A stretch of DNA of 64,000 nt. It comes from the human T2T-CHM13v2.0 reference genome, Homo sapiens. Below the pieces are notes generated by a model that made no database searches, was not told the origin of the DNA, and saw only the letters and a program-made list of their open reading frames with translations. The DNA is taken from assembly GCA_009914755.4 (NCBI GenBank), contig CP068257.2, positions 22,048,001 to 22,112,000 on the forward strand. Reading direction: 5' to 3'. Shown here one piece after another: positions 1 to 13,246 of this stretch. Made by a program: the position numbers and the translations under genes. How positions within the stretch are numbered: position 1 is the first letter of the stretch; every line of letters begins with the position of its first letter.

Positions 1-185
1 TAAGGTTGACATTAAAAATGAAATAAACCTAAGAAGGGCTTAAGAGATGGACCTATCCATCAGAGAGATATAAAAATAGATATATTTGTGTAAAATATAG
101 CAACACTTTAGCAGTATGCAGTCTTTAATATCTGTATTGTTTATTTAGGAATAAAAGTATTTATGTGAAATTACATGCCTGCTAT

Positions 186-200
186 ATATATATATAGATA
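186..200. repeat. (TA)n microsatellite
   Basis: tatatatatatatat run read directly. Confidence 0.8.
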
Positions 201-1020
201 ATCAGCTGGACAAAAACGTTTCATCTCCCCTCTTGATAAAACTCTTACTAGTTGAAGTCAAATAAGCAAACGTTCCTTCTTTTAGCTTAGTGAAGGTCAG
301 AGAAACAAATAATAATACTAGATTATTTTCCAGCCAATAAACACTTTACTTAGTAAAGACAGTGAAAAGCAGGAACATAGAAATGTGAAGCTGCAGAGAA
401 ACTGGTTTTAAAAGGGCTACAGTAAGTAATACGTTGTGTACGTTTTCTGGACTTCATATCACTATTTCCTTATGGCGTTGGTTTGGGTAATGTGAACTGC
501 TAGACAAAATAGATCCAACCACCTATAATGTTCAAACACGAAAAAAATGTATTTTTCACTCACCTGTCTAAATCTTGTTTTCCTGGTTTACAGTGAATTA
601 CCTCCACAATCCAGGTAACTAGATTTTTTTCTATCTTCTAATTTTCTATTATTAAGACTCCACTGCCTTTTTTCTTCTATTAGCGTTTTGCTAGTGGAAA
701 TAATGAGAAAGGCTTTTCAATGGCAATTGCAAACATAACAGTGATAAAAAATTTCGCCCTACTAGGTGGAGCTCAACCACCACTGTGCCCTTGGTACTCC
801 ACTATGGAACACATCTATTTCTTAAAAATCATCACATAATAATAACACATATGACTTCTATCCACATTCCATTGTCTAGAACTAGTCATATAGCCCAACC
901 TAACATCAAGAGAGACTGGGGAAATAAAGGCTAGATATATGCCCAACAAGAGAAAATTGATGTTTACTCAATATCCTTTGTAAACATGTATTTGCAATTT
1001 TTGTTTTTCAGATTGAAGTT

Positions 1021-1463
<443 letters not shown>

Positions 1464-2042
1464 TCAAGTAACTTGTCTTAAGTTTGTAAATACGGACAAT
1501 CTCACAGGGACAAAACTTTTTTCCTTGTTTTATTTTCAGACATAATCATCTATTTTGTGTAATACTGTTGAGCTGTAATTACAAAAATGAGTAAGATAAC
1601 ATCTACCTCTTAGGATTCCTTGTTATTGTTATTATTCATAAACTGCTTCTAAGAGCTTCATTTTAACAGTAATGGCTTCTTTGAAAGCCATTTAAAGCAA
1701 ATACACAATCGATTTAAGTTCTGTTTGTTTTAATACTTATGCAACTTTTTTTTCTGGTTAAATATTTGCTAGATTGATAAATTTTATTAGGAAAATTAGA
1801 AATTCCAGTTTATGTAAAGTTTTTCAGATGATGTAATAATGTAGTTTTTAGTTGTACTGGCTCTTGGAAGAAACTGCTGGCTTATTAACTTACCATGTGC
1901 ATTTGTTAATTTTTAATTTTTTTACAAATACAAATTACAAATATTAATGATGTACAATAGGATGTTTTTATATGATGTTGAACATTGCAGAATGACTAAA
2001 TCAGCCTAAATAATATATCTATTATCTCACATACTTATCATA

Positions 2043-2790
2043 TTTTTGTGATGACAATGTATATAATTTACTCTTTTAGCAGTGTTTAAGTGTGAAGTTA
2101 AATGCATTGTTATGAACAATAATCACCATGTTGTACAGTAGATATCGAACTTATTCCTTCCGTCTAACTGAAATTTTGTATCCTTTGATCAAGATTTTCT
2201 TAATTCCTTCAACTCCATCCCTGGCCCCATTCTACTGTCTCCTTTAAGTTCTACTTTTTCAGACATCACATGTGAGATCATACGGTATTTGTCTTTCTGT
2301 GCCTAGCTTAATTTACTTAGCATACTGTCCTCCAGGTTCATCTCTGTCGTCCCAAAGGACAGGATGTCCTCCTTTTTAAAGGTTGAATAGTATTCTGTTG
2401 TCTATATACTCTATATTTTCTTTAACTATTCATCTGATGATGGACACTTAGGTTGAATCCATAGTTTTGCTATTGTGAATAGTGTTACAATGAACACGAC
2501 AGTGCACATATATTTTTGACATACAGATTTCATTCCCTTATACTTTATACCCAGAAGTGGAATGGCTGGATCATGTGGTGGTTCTACTTTTAATTTTTTT
2601 CCAAAACTCCATACTGTTTTCCGTAATGGCTGTACTAATTTACCTTCCCACCAACAGTATACAAGGATTCCTTTTATTTCCACACCCTCTTCAACACTTG
2701 TTCTCTCTTGTCTTTTTGATAGTAGCCATCATAACAACTCCTTAAGTGCAGTTTCCATATGTCTACCGAATGTCAAACATTGTGCTAAAT
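2043..2790 (-). mobile_element. L1 LINE 3' end (ORF2 C-terminus plus 3' UTR), older L1P/L1M-like
   Basis: Minus-strand ORF 2426..2683 translates to ...CWWEGKLVQPLRKTVW...DPAIPLLGI...LFTIAKLWIQPKCPS..., which matches the conserved L1 ORF2 C-terminus. The 3'UTR-like tail ends in a T-run near 2043 on the + strand. Confidence 0.75.
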
Positions 2791-3249
2791 GTTGATAATA
2801 TTGTGATAAAACACAAAAATTTGTCTTTGCCCCACACAAAGTTTATATTATAGTATGGTAAAACAATAGCTATCAGTTGAACTCTTATTATGTTTTTACT
2901 TAATCAGAAAAGAAAATAAGTATTTATTACCTCCATTTTGATTCCAAGAAAAATAACTTGTCTAAGGTCTCATTAATCATAAAAGCAAAGATGGGACACA
3001 AACTCCAAAGAGAGATTGCTGGCACCACGCCAGTCTCTTTATATCACCTATGACGGTGATTTTTTTCTTTTTTTCTTTTTTTTATGAATAAATGTAATAA
3101 TATATTTTAATACACAAAAAGTGGCAAAAGTAAAGGGAGAAAGAGACAAAACAGTCATAGAGATTTTAATCTTAGTGAATAAGAGAACAAGTAGGTAAAA
3201 ATCAGTAAAAATAAAAAAGATTTGATCAAACAATTTTACCTAATTGACA

Positions 3250-3600
3250 TTAAACAATTTATACCACACTGCAAAATACAAATTCTTATCAAGTATTCAT
3301 TACATTCATCAATATAAACAATATGCTGAACCATAAAACAAGTCTCAATAAATTAAAAGTATTTGAAATTTTGTTCTATATTTTCTGAAAAAAATAGACT
3401 TAAATTAGAAATAAAGTGTGCAAAATCTCCCAAAATGTGAAATCAAGCAGCACATATCTAAATGGTCCATAAGTTAAAGAAGAAATAATAATAGAGATTA
3501 CTATAATTTACATTTGAATGTTAATGGAAACACAGCATATCAAAATTTGTGGGATATAGCAAAAGAAGTGTTTCTTATATAACAAATATTGCATTATTTT
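3250..3600 (+). mobile_element. L1 ORF2 (endonuclease-domain end) fragment, ancient
   Basis: ggaaacacagcatatcaaaatttgtgggatatagcaaaagaagtg resembles the L1 segment ...acaacataccagaatctctgggacgcattcaaagcagtg. The upstream similarity is weaker. Confidence 0.4.
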
Positions 3601-6600
3601 TCTATAATTTCATTGGAAAGTAAGTATATTATTACTGTTTAGTTTTCCATGCTTAATTTTAAATTACTTTCTATCCCAGTATTCAAGTAAATTATGCCTT
3701 ATGCCATGTAGTCTTACCTCCATTTTCTAATAAACCTGTGTGTTTCCCTTGCAGGTAGCTTTTAAAATTTTATTTTTCACTTAAAGTGGAGAAATTACTT
3801 GCTGATATGTACTTTTTTAAACAATGAAGAAATAGTGCCATCTTCTGTCTATGTTTTATTCAACAACTGGGAATAAAGAAACATTGGGTTATTATACATA
3901 AGCAAAAAGAAGCAAAGAATTTGGAGACATTATGATTTTAGTATAATATGCTACATCTTTGAACACTTGCAAAGGGGCTAATTATTTGAAAGGCCTCTCA
4001 GGACAAAGGCATGTTTAAAACAGTTCTGTGTGATTAATTATTCAAAACCTTTGAATATGCATTCAAACATTGGAGAAAAAAGGAAGGAGGCAGGGGAGAC
4101 AGCTGAGAGTAACAGAAACAGGTGGCAAGTGTTTTTAACTATTTGGTGTTTACAGTGTTGAAGGATTAAAAAGCATTTTTTCTGTTTTTATAACATCTAT
4201 GAATTCCCCATTCATTGATATCTTCACAAAACTATGCTTGATACTGAAAAATTCTCCAATCACTTATTTGACAAGTGAAAAGTCGGAAAAATAGGAATAC
4301 ATTTTTAAATGAGCTTTTTAATTTCTACATTAATAAATATACTTTTATCTGCATGTGGTTCATAGATTTCAAACTAAAGTCAGAATAAGTAGCTAACATA
4401 AATGAAAATATTTTTAGATTTATGAAGTAGCTCAGAAAACCAATTTCTTAAAAATCATATTTGGAAAAATACATTATTAGGCCGAACTTACTTTCATCCA
4501 TTGCTGCCCTCTCTAAGGTAAAACACAAAAACAAATAAAATCTATCAAAGAATTGTATAACTTTTACTAGTATTGAAAAAGGGTATTTGAGTTGCTTTAA
4601 ATTTTATTTTTATAATGTATCTTGAGAAGATTGCAGTTTTACCACTAGTCAAACTTTTATAAACACATCAGAAATTACATTTAAAAACCAGATCAGGAAT
4701 TATTTTTCTAAGAAACTAGAAGAAATCAAAGACAAATTAATAATAACTAATAGTTTGAAGCCCGCTTATCTACAAGACTCTAAAGATATAAAAACAAGAA
4801 CATAAGTTAAAGGCAGCTTCATTTCACGCTTCAGAAAGCTGGTCTTTGGCACACAAGTTTGCTTGCCTTGTATGATCATTTTGCATATTCAGAGGTGAAT
4901 CCCTGGCGGGGACAGGAAAACATGTGTGGGTGAAGCTCAGAGTAGCAGCACGTCATCAGCAGCTTGACATTCTTCAAAGAAAAAAAAGGTCCTTGCATTT
5001 TGGCTATATCACTTACAGTTCACTTTTTTGTGTAATTCTCTATCGGTAAGATTTATTCTAATGGTTTAAAGTGGATTTGTTACCCATTCTTTCCCATTCT
5101 GGTGTGGAATCTCCCCGATGAATCTCCAAATAGCTAAACATATTTAAATTCACGTAAATTGATGATTTTTGTCTGATATCAAAGAAGTCAATGCTAGACA
5201 GAGTTTACAGCCACATGAAATTAATGGGGCAACTGAGTATCATAACTTCAAGAATGCTGGTTATCTGAGATCTGAAAGGTCACTGGATTTGAGGGAAAAA
5301 ATCTCTCATCCATTTCTAAATGCTCAATGTGAGGGGCTGCTGCCTGCTTCTAATGTGTGCTAATATCTATGTCCTATTTACATTATATTGGGGTATTACA
5401 TGTTGATTACAAATATGAAACACACTATAGAAAACTATGCACTGCATATTTATTTAGTCTATCCAGCTCGAAAACCTTTTGTGTGAATTAATTTCAGATT
5501 TTCTGGATTCACATTACTCTCCAAATGCATTAATGTCAGCATTTCTTTATTTTGTTCTCCACATTTTCATTATATAGCATTATATGAATGGTGGGCTAGT
5601 AAGTGGACCACTTACACTGATCTGAAAGGGTATGTGTGTATATATATACTCCTTTGAACATATATAAATATAGCTTACATTTCCATTTTATGTGACTAAA
5701 ATTTGCATAATTACCTTTTAACTGAAGACATTTTCCAAGAATATGTCAATGTAGATATAAATCATTGTGAATAGTTTAACTTTTTTGATTTCTCATGAAA
5801 CCCATCACTACCATTATTTCTTAAGGGATAGACACAGATGTCAAGCTACTTTCTCAATGTCACAAAATCATAACCAGACATAAGCGTTGAGTCCAGTTTT
5901 TTTAGACTGTAACCATTAAGCTATTTTATCTCCATATGATCAATAAGATATTAGTTTGCCTGCCTCATGTCTTTATTCTATGACCTACGTTTCTTTGAAG
6001 TACATTTCTCTGAATCAGAATATTTCATCTATGGACATTTACCAACCTTCTACAGAAATCAGTAGTTTGTCCTTGCCATTATTTCCAATATACTAAACAG
6101 CCCATGAACTCTATGCTCAGTGGGGTAAATATCTCATTATTTTACACTCTTTTAATTGATCTTTTCATAATTCATTTATACCATTCATAGAATTCTGATA
6201 TTTGATTTAGTGGAAAGAGTTCATTGGTTCATATATCTCAGTAATGTCCAGATTCGACCTCTTCCCTGTTTTATTTCTACCTTTTCCCTATATTTTAATC
6301 TAGTCAGTTGACTGTATGTAATTTTAATTATGTTTTATGTGTTCATGATATATATTAGCAAATACATTTGTCCTATGTACGAGGATGTAATTACAGCACT
6401 GTACTATTTCTATTGGTATAAAATGGAGAAGATACCATGTAAATCTCAGTAAATGTAAACCTTAGAAAACAGAAATAAAACATAATTTCCACTTTCAAAG
6501 GTTTTTATGACTTGAGTAGACAAAGAGAGGTTGACTTGTGATTTTCTCACGTTGGTGATGAGTTTTTGAGTACATAGGTAATATAAGTGAAACTTTGGTT

Positions 6601-7190
6601 TTACAATAGTGTACAAAAAGGGTGTGAAAACTAAGAAATTGGGGAGATTGGCAAATAGGCATCTGCAATTGTAGGTGCATGAAGTTATTAAACTTAATGG
6701 TATATTCAACTCCATAAAATAGAAAACTTTATCAATCAAAAATATTTAAATATTGGCAATTGCAAATGATTTAAGTAAATTAATGGAAGGAGAAATGACT
6801 CTTCTTTTTACCTGAAACAGTTCAATGTATTATAGGTATATTTGTGAAATACAGCCTAAATTAATAAAATAAAACATGATAATTTATAGGAGCCAAGAGT
6901 AATCATTTAAAAAGAAAACATTGAACTGAATTAAGATATTTGTTGAGGTCAGTGTTGGGGGATACTTCTAGAGCACTAAAAGGACATTATAATCATCTTC
7001 TGCAGGTTGTTCATGTATTTCATTTCCAGTAAAGTGTGGTCAAGACTTTTTTAGTCCTATGATGGTTTTATTGGATCTATACTGGTGAAAAAAAAATCCT
7101 TGTCTACAGAAAAAATTCGTAAGCTTAGAATGATTAATATACTGTCTCATTAACATAGATTATGGAGGTTGAAATTTAACTAGTGTTTTC

Positions 7191-7444
7191 TTTTTTTTTT
7201 TTTTGAGGTGGAATCTTGCTCTGTTGCCCAGGCTGGAGTGCAGTGGAGAGACCTCAGCTCACTGCCAGCTCTGCCTCCTGGGTGCACACCATTATCCTGC
7301 TCAGCCTCCCAAGTAGCTGGGACTACAGGCGCCCACCACCACGCCTGGCTAAGTTTTTGTGTTTTTAGTACAGACGGGGTTTCACCGTGGTAGCCAGGAT
7401 GGTCTCAATCTCCTGACTTCATGATCCACCTGCCTCGGCCTCCC
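7191..7444 (-). mobile_element. Alu SINE, lacking about 40 bp of the Alu 5' head
   Basis: Poly-T then gaggtggaatcttgctctgttgcccaggctggagtgcagtgg...cctcggcctccc. The element stops before the aaagtgctgggattacagg head. Confidence 0.9.
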
Positions 7445-8260
7445 TAATAATATTTTTAAACACAGTTAACCAGTTTCACAGTGATATTTGACTAGAAGCA
7501 TTTGGTGTCATGTTACTGACTAACAGTATGCAGATAATTTTTCTATTTGGGGAAAAGAATCAGTAAGGAAAGGCTGTAGATTTAGTGAGGCTAATGTTTA
7601 GGAGTTATTCTTTGAATTTTAAGAAACACATGAATAAAACATAGAAATTTTTTTTCTACACTGGGTATGAAATGATAGTCATCTTAACTAGGATGAAAAA
7701 AATGGGAAATAAAAATTATATATATAAAAAAACAGAATGGTGAAAAACATTCAGATTACTTGATAAGTAAAGAGAAACACTCCATTTCAAGTTGCAAAAA
7801 TAAGATTTACAGGAATGAGCATTTAGGTATCCAAAAGGTTCTCAGAGATTTGAACAATTTTTAGGCAGTATAAGAAATTTTATTATACTTATGGTAAACA
7901 AATTTATTTAAAAGCTATATTTGTTGTTAGTTTGTGACCCAGGGACATGCTCTGATCACATTTTAAAACTTTAGAAAATAGCATTGACATTAGCTTGACA
8001 GATGGAGTGAGCTATGATCCCAGAAATGACTGCAACAGCCCAGTCAAGGAATGATAAATGATTACACTAATAATGTTGTAGTTAATGGAGTGCAAGTAAT
8101 GGATACAAGTGATAGGAAAGAATATCCTTTGGATTTGTCCATATGTTATACAAGGTATGTGGGAAAGAAAAGACTTGGAGATGATGCTGAGGTTTGTAAC
8201 TGGCATGGATAAACAGGTGGTGATACTGTTAACGTAGAAGAAGACAAATAAATAAAAAGC

Positions 8261-8466
8261 TGTGTGTTTTCTGTTACCGTGAAATTACCACATAATAAGT
8301 GTCCTAAAAACAACATGACTTATTATTTTATAGTTGTGGAAGTAAGATGTCCAAAATGAGTCTCACTGGTCTAAAATCAAGGTGTTAGCAGGATTACATT
8401 CCTTCTGGACATTCTAAAAATTCTGTTTCCTTGCATTTTCCAAATTCTAGACTCTGTTCATATTCC
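8261..8466 (-). mobile_element. MLT1-type MaLR LTR, left part, interrupted by a THE1 insertion
   Basis: Reverse complement of the MLT1 3' region: ...gaaattaccacat...gtccaaaatgagtctcactggtctaaaatcaaggtgttagcagg...ccttctggac...gtttccttgcattttccaaattctagac. Confidence 0.6.
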
Positions 8467-8471
8467 TTAGC

Positions 8472-10707
8472 TGAAGTGGCCTAGCTCTGTGTCCCCACCC
8501 AAATCGCATCTCGAATTTTAATCCAAATTGTAATTCCCACATTTTGGGGGAGGGAACCTCATGAAAGGAGATTAGATCATTGGGGCTGTCTTCCCATGCT
8601 GTTCTCATGACAGTGAGTGCATTCTCAGGAGATCTGACGGTTTTATAAGGGGCCTTTTCCCCACTGCACTTCACTCTCCTGCGGCTGTGTGAAGAAGAAC
8701 GTATTTGCTTCCCTTTCTGCCATGACTGTAAGTCTCCTGAGGCCTCACCATACATGCATAACTGTGAGTCAATTAAACCTCTTTCCTTTATAAATTACCC
8801 AGTCTTGGGCATTTCTTCATTGCAACATGACAATGAACTAATATAGTAAATTGGTACCAGGAGTGGGATGCTGCTATAAAGAGATCCAAAAATGTGGAAG
8901 CAACTGTGGAACTGAGTAATAGGCAGAGATTAGAGCAGTTTGGAAGGCTCAGAAGGAGACAGGAAAATGTGGGAAAGTTTGGAACTTCCTAGAGACTTTG
9001 TTGAATGTCTTTGACCAAAATGCTGATAGTGATATGGGCAATAAAGTCCAGACTGAACTGGTCTCAGATGGAGATGAAGAACTTGTTGGAAGCTGGAATA
9101 AATGTGCCTCTTGTTTTGCTTTAGCAAAGAGACTGGAGGCATTTTGCTCCTGCCCTAGAGATCCACGGAAATTTGAACTTGAGAGATATGATTTAGGGTA
9201 TTTGGCAGAAGAAATTTCTAAGCAGTAAAGCATTCAAAGGGTGACAGGGCTTAAAAGTTTGGAAAATTTGCAGCCTGATAATGCAGTAGAAAAGAAAAAA
9301 TATATTCCTTGGGAGAAATTCAAGCTGGCTACAGAAATTTGCATAAGCAACTAGGAGCCAAATGCTAATCACCATGACAATGGGAAAATGTCTCCAGGCA
9401 TGTCAGATATCTTCAGGGCAGCCCCTCCCATCACAGGCCAGGGGTCTAAGAGGGAAAAATGGTTTTCTGGGCTTGGTGCAGGGCCCCTCTGCTGTGTGCA
9501 GCCTCAGGACTTAGTGCCCTGCATCCCAGCCACTCCATCCATGGCTAAAAATGGCCAAGGTACAGCTAAGGCCATTGCTTCAGGGGGTGAAAGCCCCAAG
9601 CCTTGGTAGCTTCCACATAGTGTTGGGCCTGCAGTTGCAAAGAAGACAAGAATTGAGATCTGTTACCTCCATCTAGATTTCAGAAGATGTATAGGAATGC
9701 TGGATGTCCAGACAGAATTTTGCTACAGAGGCAGAGCCCTCAGGGAGAACCTCTGCTAGGGAAGTGTGAAAGGGAAATGTGGAGTTGGAGCCCCTACACA
9801 GAGTTCCCACCAGGGCACTGCCTAATGGGACTGTGAGAAGAAGGCTACCATCCTCCAGACCACAGAATGATAGATCCACTGACAGCTTGCATTGTGTGCC
9901 TAAAAATGCCCCAGGCACTCAACACCAGCCTATGAAAGCAGCCAGAACAGGGGCTGTACCCTGCAAAGTAACATCGGCAGAGCTATCCATGGCTGTGGGA
10001 GCCCACTTCTTGCATCAGCATGACTTTTATGTGAGGCATGAAGTCAAAGGAGATCATTTTGGAATTTTAAAGTTAATGAATTCCCTATTGGATGTTAGAC
10101 TTGCATGGGGCCTCTAGCCCCTTTGTTTTGGCCAATTTCTCCCATTTGGAATGGGCATATTTACCCAATGCCTGTACCTCCATTGTATCTAGGAAGTAAC
10201 TTACTTGCTTTCAATTTTACAGGCTCATAGTTAGAAGGGACTTGCCTTGTCTCAGATAAGACTATGGACTTAGACTTTGAGTTAATGCTGAAATGAGTTA
10301 AGACTTTGGGGATCTGTTAGGAAGGCATAAGTGTGTTTTGAAATGTGAGGAAGATGAGATTTGGGAGGGGCAAGGGACAGAATGATATGGTCTGGCTCTG
10401 AGTCTCCACCCAAATCTCATCTTGAATTTTAATCCTAATTGTAATTCCCATGTGTCGGGGGAGAGACCGAGTGGGAGGTGATTACATAATGGGGACAGTT
10501 CCCCCATGCTGTTCTCATGATAGTGAGTGAGTTCTCACAAGATCTAATGGTTCTATAAGGGACTTTTTCCCCTTCGATCTGCACTTCTCTCTCTCCTGCC
10601 TAAGACCTCCGCAGCCATGCAAAACTATGAGTCAATGAAACTCTTTCCTTTATAAATTACCCAATCTTGGATATTTCTTCAAAGCAGCATGAAAACAAAC
10701 TAATGCA
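8472..10707 (+). mobile_element. Full-length THE1/MST-type MaLR element (LTR - internal - LTR), non-autonomous ERVL-MaLR
   Basis: 5' LTR 8472-8845 and 3' LTR 10383-10707 both carry ...gtccccacccaaatc.catct.gaattttaatcc.aattgtaattccca...ctctttcctttataaattaccca.tcttgg. and TG...CA termini. Internal part 8846-10382. Flanking 5-bp direct repeat ttagc at 8467-8471 and ttggc at 10708-10712. Confidence 0.8.
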
Positions 10708-10982
10708 TTGGCCCATAACACCCTTCCATCTTCAAAGTCAGAAATGGCAGGTGGCATCTTTCTCACAATGCCATCTCTCTGGTTGGACTCTTATGTGCCC
10801 CTCTTCCTCTTTTACAAGTATCACTGGAGTAACACTGCAATGGCATTTCCCTTTAAGATAAATGGGTTAGTAATCTTAATCCCTTTGCAATATTAATTCC
10901 CCTTTGCCATAGAACATGACACATCCAGGGGTTCCAGGGCTAAGGATATGAATATCTTTGGGGTCTGTTTTTCTGCCAAAGA
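10708..10982 (-). mobile_element. MLT1-type MaLR LTR, right part (continues from 8261-8466)
   Basis: ttggcccataacacccttccatcttcaaagtcag... continues the MLT1 reverse-complement consensus (...cattccttggctcgtggccccc ttcctccatcttcaaagccagcaatg...) exactly where the left part stops. Confidence 0.6.
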
Positions 10983-11229
10983 GGCACATTATAGTGTAGC
11001 CAATAAGGGACAGCAAAAGAATGAAAGTAGCTTTCAAACACACTGATTTTAAGATTCTGGCTCTATAGCCACATAAAAATTTCTAGGAAGGACTTAAAGA
11101 GTTAGATACACTCCATAATAGAATTTGCTTTCAACTTTTTAAATCGTGCCATCCTACCTTTGCACAGACACTGCTGCAACTACATAAAAGCCTACTTTTG
11201 AGAGTTGGCCATTTTCACTCTCTGGTTTA

Positions 11230-11836
11230 TGTATATTGGTTTTCTATTGCTGCAAAAAATTACCTCAAACTTAGCACCTTAAAAAAATAGCCATTATACC
11301 TCATACTTCCAGGTCAGAATTCCAGCACAGTTTGGCTTGTGTGTTCACAGTATCATAAAACTGAAATCAAAGTGTCAGTCCGGCTGAATTCTCATTGTTA
11401 GGCTACATGGAAATGTGTGTTGCCAAGCTCGTTCTTGTAGGTAGAATCTAGCTCCTTGCAATTATGAGACCATTCCTCATCCCCATGTTTGCTGTCAATC
11501 AAGTGCTGCTCTCAGTCTCTAGAGGTTACCTACATTTCTTGTCCGTGGTCTTGCGGTCTCCATAATCTCCAAGCCAGCAAGAACACATAAATATGTCTGC
11601 TTTCGGTCTCCAATTTCCCTTCTGCAATCAGCAGGAGGAAACTCTATGCTTTAAAAGGGCATGTGATTAGGCCTGGATCATCTCCCTATCTCATGGTCAA
11701 CCTTGCCCTATAGTACAGGCTAAATCAGATTACTCATGCAAGTAAAATCTATTACTTTCAGAGTTCAGAGAATTAAACAAGATGTGTACACCTGAGGAGT
11801 GGAAGTCGTGAGGCAATCTTAGAATTCTGCCTATCA
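11230..11836 (-). mobile_element. MLT1-type MaLR LTR (second copy)
   Basis: tgtatattggttttctattgctgcaaaaaattacctcaaacttagcacc...ggtcagaattccagcac...aaatcaaagtgtcagtccggctgaattctcattgttaggc...tttaaaagggcatgtgattagg equals the reverse complement of MLT1. Confidence 0.55.
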
Positions 11837-12931
11837 TACTCAGCATTACTGCTTCCTCATTTCCCATGATACAACTACTTCTAATCTTTGCACCTGAAAT
11901 CTTGACTTTTGTGTCTACCTTGACCATGGCTCTCTTGCCTGATAATATCAATATCTTTAATCCAACTTTATCAACCATATCTGTGAGCAAGTCATTCTCC
12001 TGCCTTCTATCATCCCCCTCCCACTCCATAGCATAGAGAGCTTGGCCAGTCTTCTTTTTTTTTTTCCTGAACATAAGAAAACTGCACATTATTGATGGAA
12101 TCTTGAGTTATAGCCCTAAGTTTGGAATTGTCAGTGTAGTGTTGACAGAAGATGGAATTAAAAACAAGGGATGCAAAAGATCTGAGATTTTCTCTGGAGC
12201 AAGTGTAGAGGTAAAAAGAGAAAAATGTGAAGAGAAAGAAGAGGAGGAGGAGCACGTGTAAAGAAGGGAAAGGCAATAGCTGAGAAAGGAACTTGGAAGA
12301 ACCCATCACTCACTGGTCAGTAGCTAAAGACGTTGTGCAGACAATGTGCAGATATAACAACCTCAAAATACTTTTAGGTTGAAAGAACTTAAACATTGTT
12401 TACAAGTTTGCTTCTTTGAAACTAAAAAATATTTTTAATTAAAAATTGGAACACATATAGATGTAGTCGTTCGTTAGAAAGCATATTCTCAACTTTTCAG
12501 ACTTAGATTGGTTGGAGAGGTTTCCCTGGGAGCCTCTTCCTAAAAGGTGACAAGGAGGCGTGGGGAAGGGAATAGACATTTGTTCTGAGTACGACGGGAA
12601 ACATTGCTGTGCAAATGTTTAGAGCTGAATGAAAAACCAAGTCACATACAGGCAAAATGCAGAGGAAAGAGATAATAAATAAATGATTGAGGGTTAGAAA
12701 CAAATGAATGAGAATTAAAAGTCAGCTTTCTATTCCTCATGCCAGTGACTAGCTAAGATATGAGCATTTTTTGTTTGTTTTTATAGGAATCCAGACAACA
12801 CATTTTCTTGCTTAACGAGGTTTGTCAGAGTCGGGCTGAATAAGAGTTTTAATTAGCTAGTAGGGTTAATTTTATCTTATGCTTCTTGAAGTGGAAACAA
12901 GTAACAAGGAAATGTAAAGAACTTAGATACT

Positions 12932-13246
12932 GGCCGGGCACCGTGGCTCACGCCTGTAATCTCAGCACTTTGGGAAGTCAAGGCAGATGGATTGCTTGAG
13001 GCCAGGAGTTCGAGACAAGCCTGGGCAACATATTGAAACCCCATCTCTACTAAAAATACAAAAATTAGCCTTCTGTGGTGGTGCACACCTGTAGTTCCAG
13101 CTACTCTGGAGGCTGAGGCATGAGAATCGCTTGAACTAAGAGGCGGAGTTTCCACTGAGCTGAGATTGTGCCATTGCACTCCAGCCTGGTCAACAAAGAG
13201 AGACTCTGTCGCACAAAAAAAAAATAAAGAAAGAAAGAAAAGAGAA
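12932..13246 (+). mobile_element. Alu SINE (AluS-like) with A/(AAAG)-rich tail
   Basis: ggccgggcaccgtggctcacgcctgtaatctcagc ... gagactctgtcgcacaaaaaaaaaataaagaaag. Flanking direct repeat is about aacttagatact / aatttagatact. Confidence 0.95.

Noticed and set aside
2426-2683. 85-aa minus-strand ORF with clear protein similarity (…CWWEGKLVQPL…DPAIPLLGI…)
   Set aside because: The similarity is to the L1 ORF2 C-terminus. The ORF is a truncated, mutated LINE fragment, not a host gene.
3400-3480. agcagcacatatctaaa, a faint resemblance to a U6 snRNA core (ggcagcacatatactaaaattgg)
   Set aside because: The match is only about 12 nt. No flanking U6 sequence and no poly-T terminator are present. The region is better explained as a degraded L1 ORF2 fragment.
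4940-4970. agtagcagcacgtcatcagcagc: an 11-12 nt match to the miR-15/16 family 5' end (uagcagcacgua…)
   Set aside because: It is a short seed-like match only. I could find no convincing about 70-nt hairpin with the match on a stem arm, so it is most likely chance.
8998-9228. ORFs at 8998..9228(+) and 56399..56626(-) encode similar peptides (…FDQNADSD…), suggesting paralogous genes
   Set aside because: Both lie in the internal regions of the two THE1/MST-type MaLR elements. The similarity is transposon homology, and THE1 internal sequence is non-coding and decayed.
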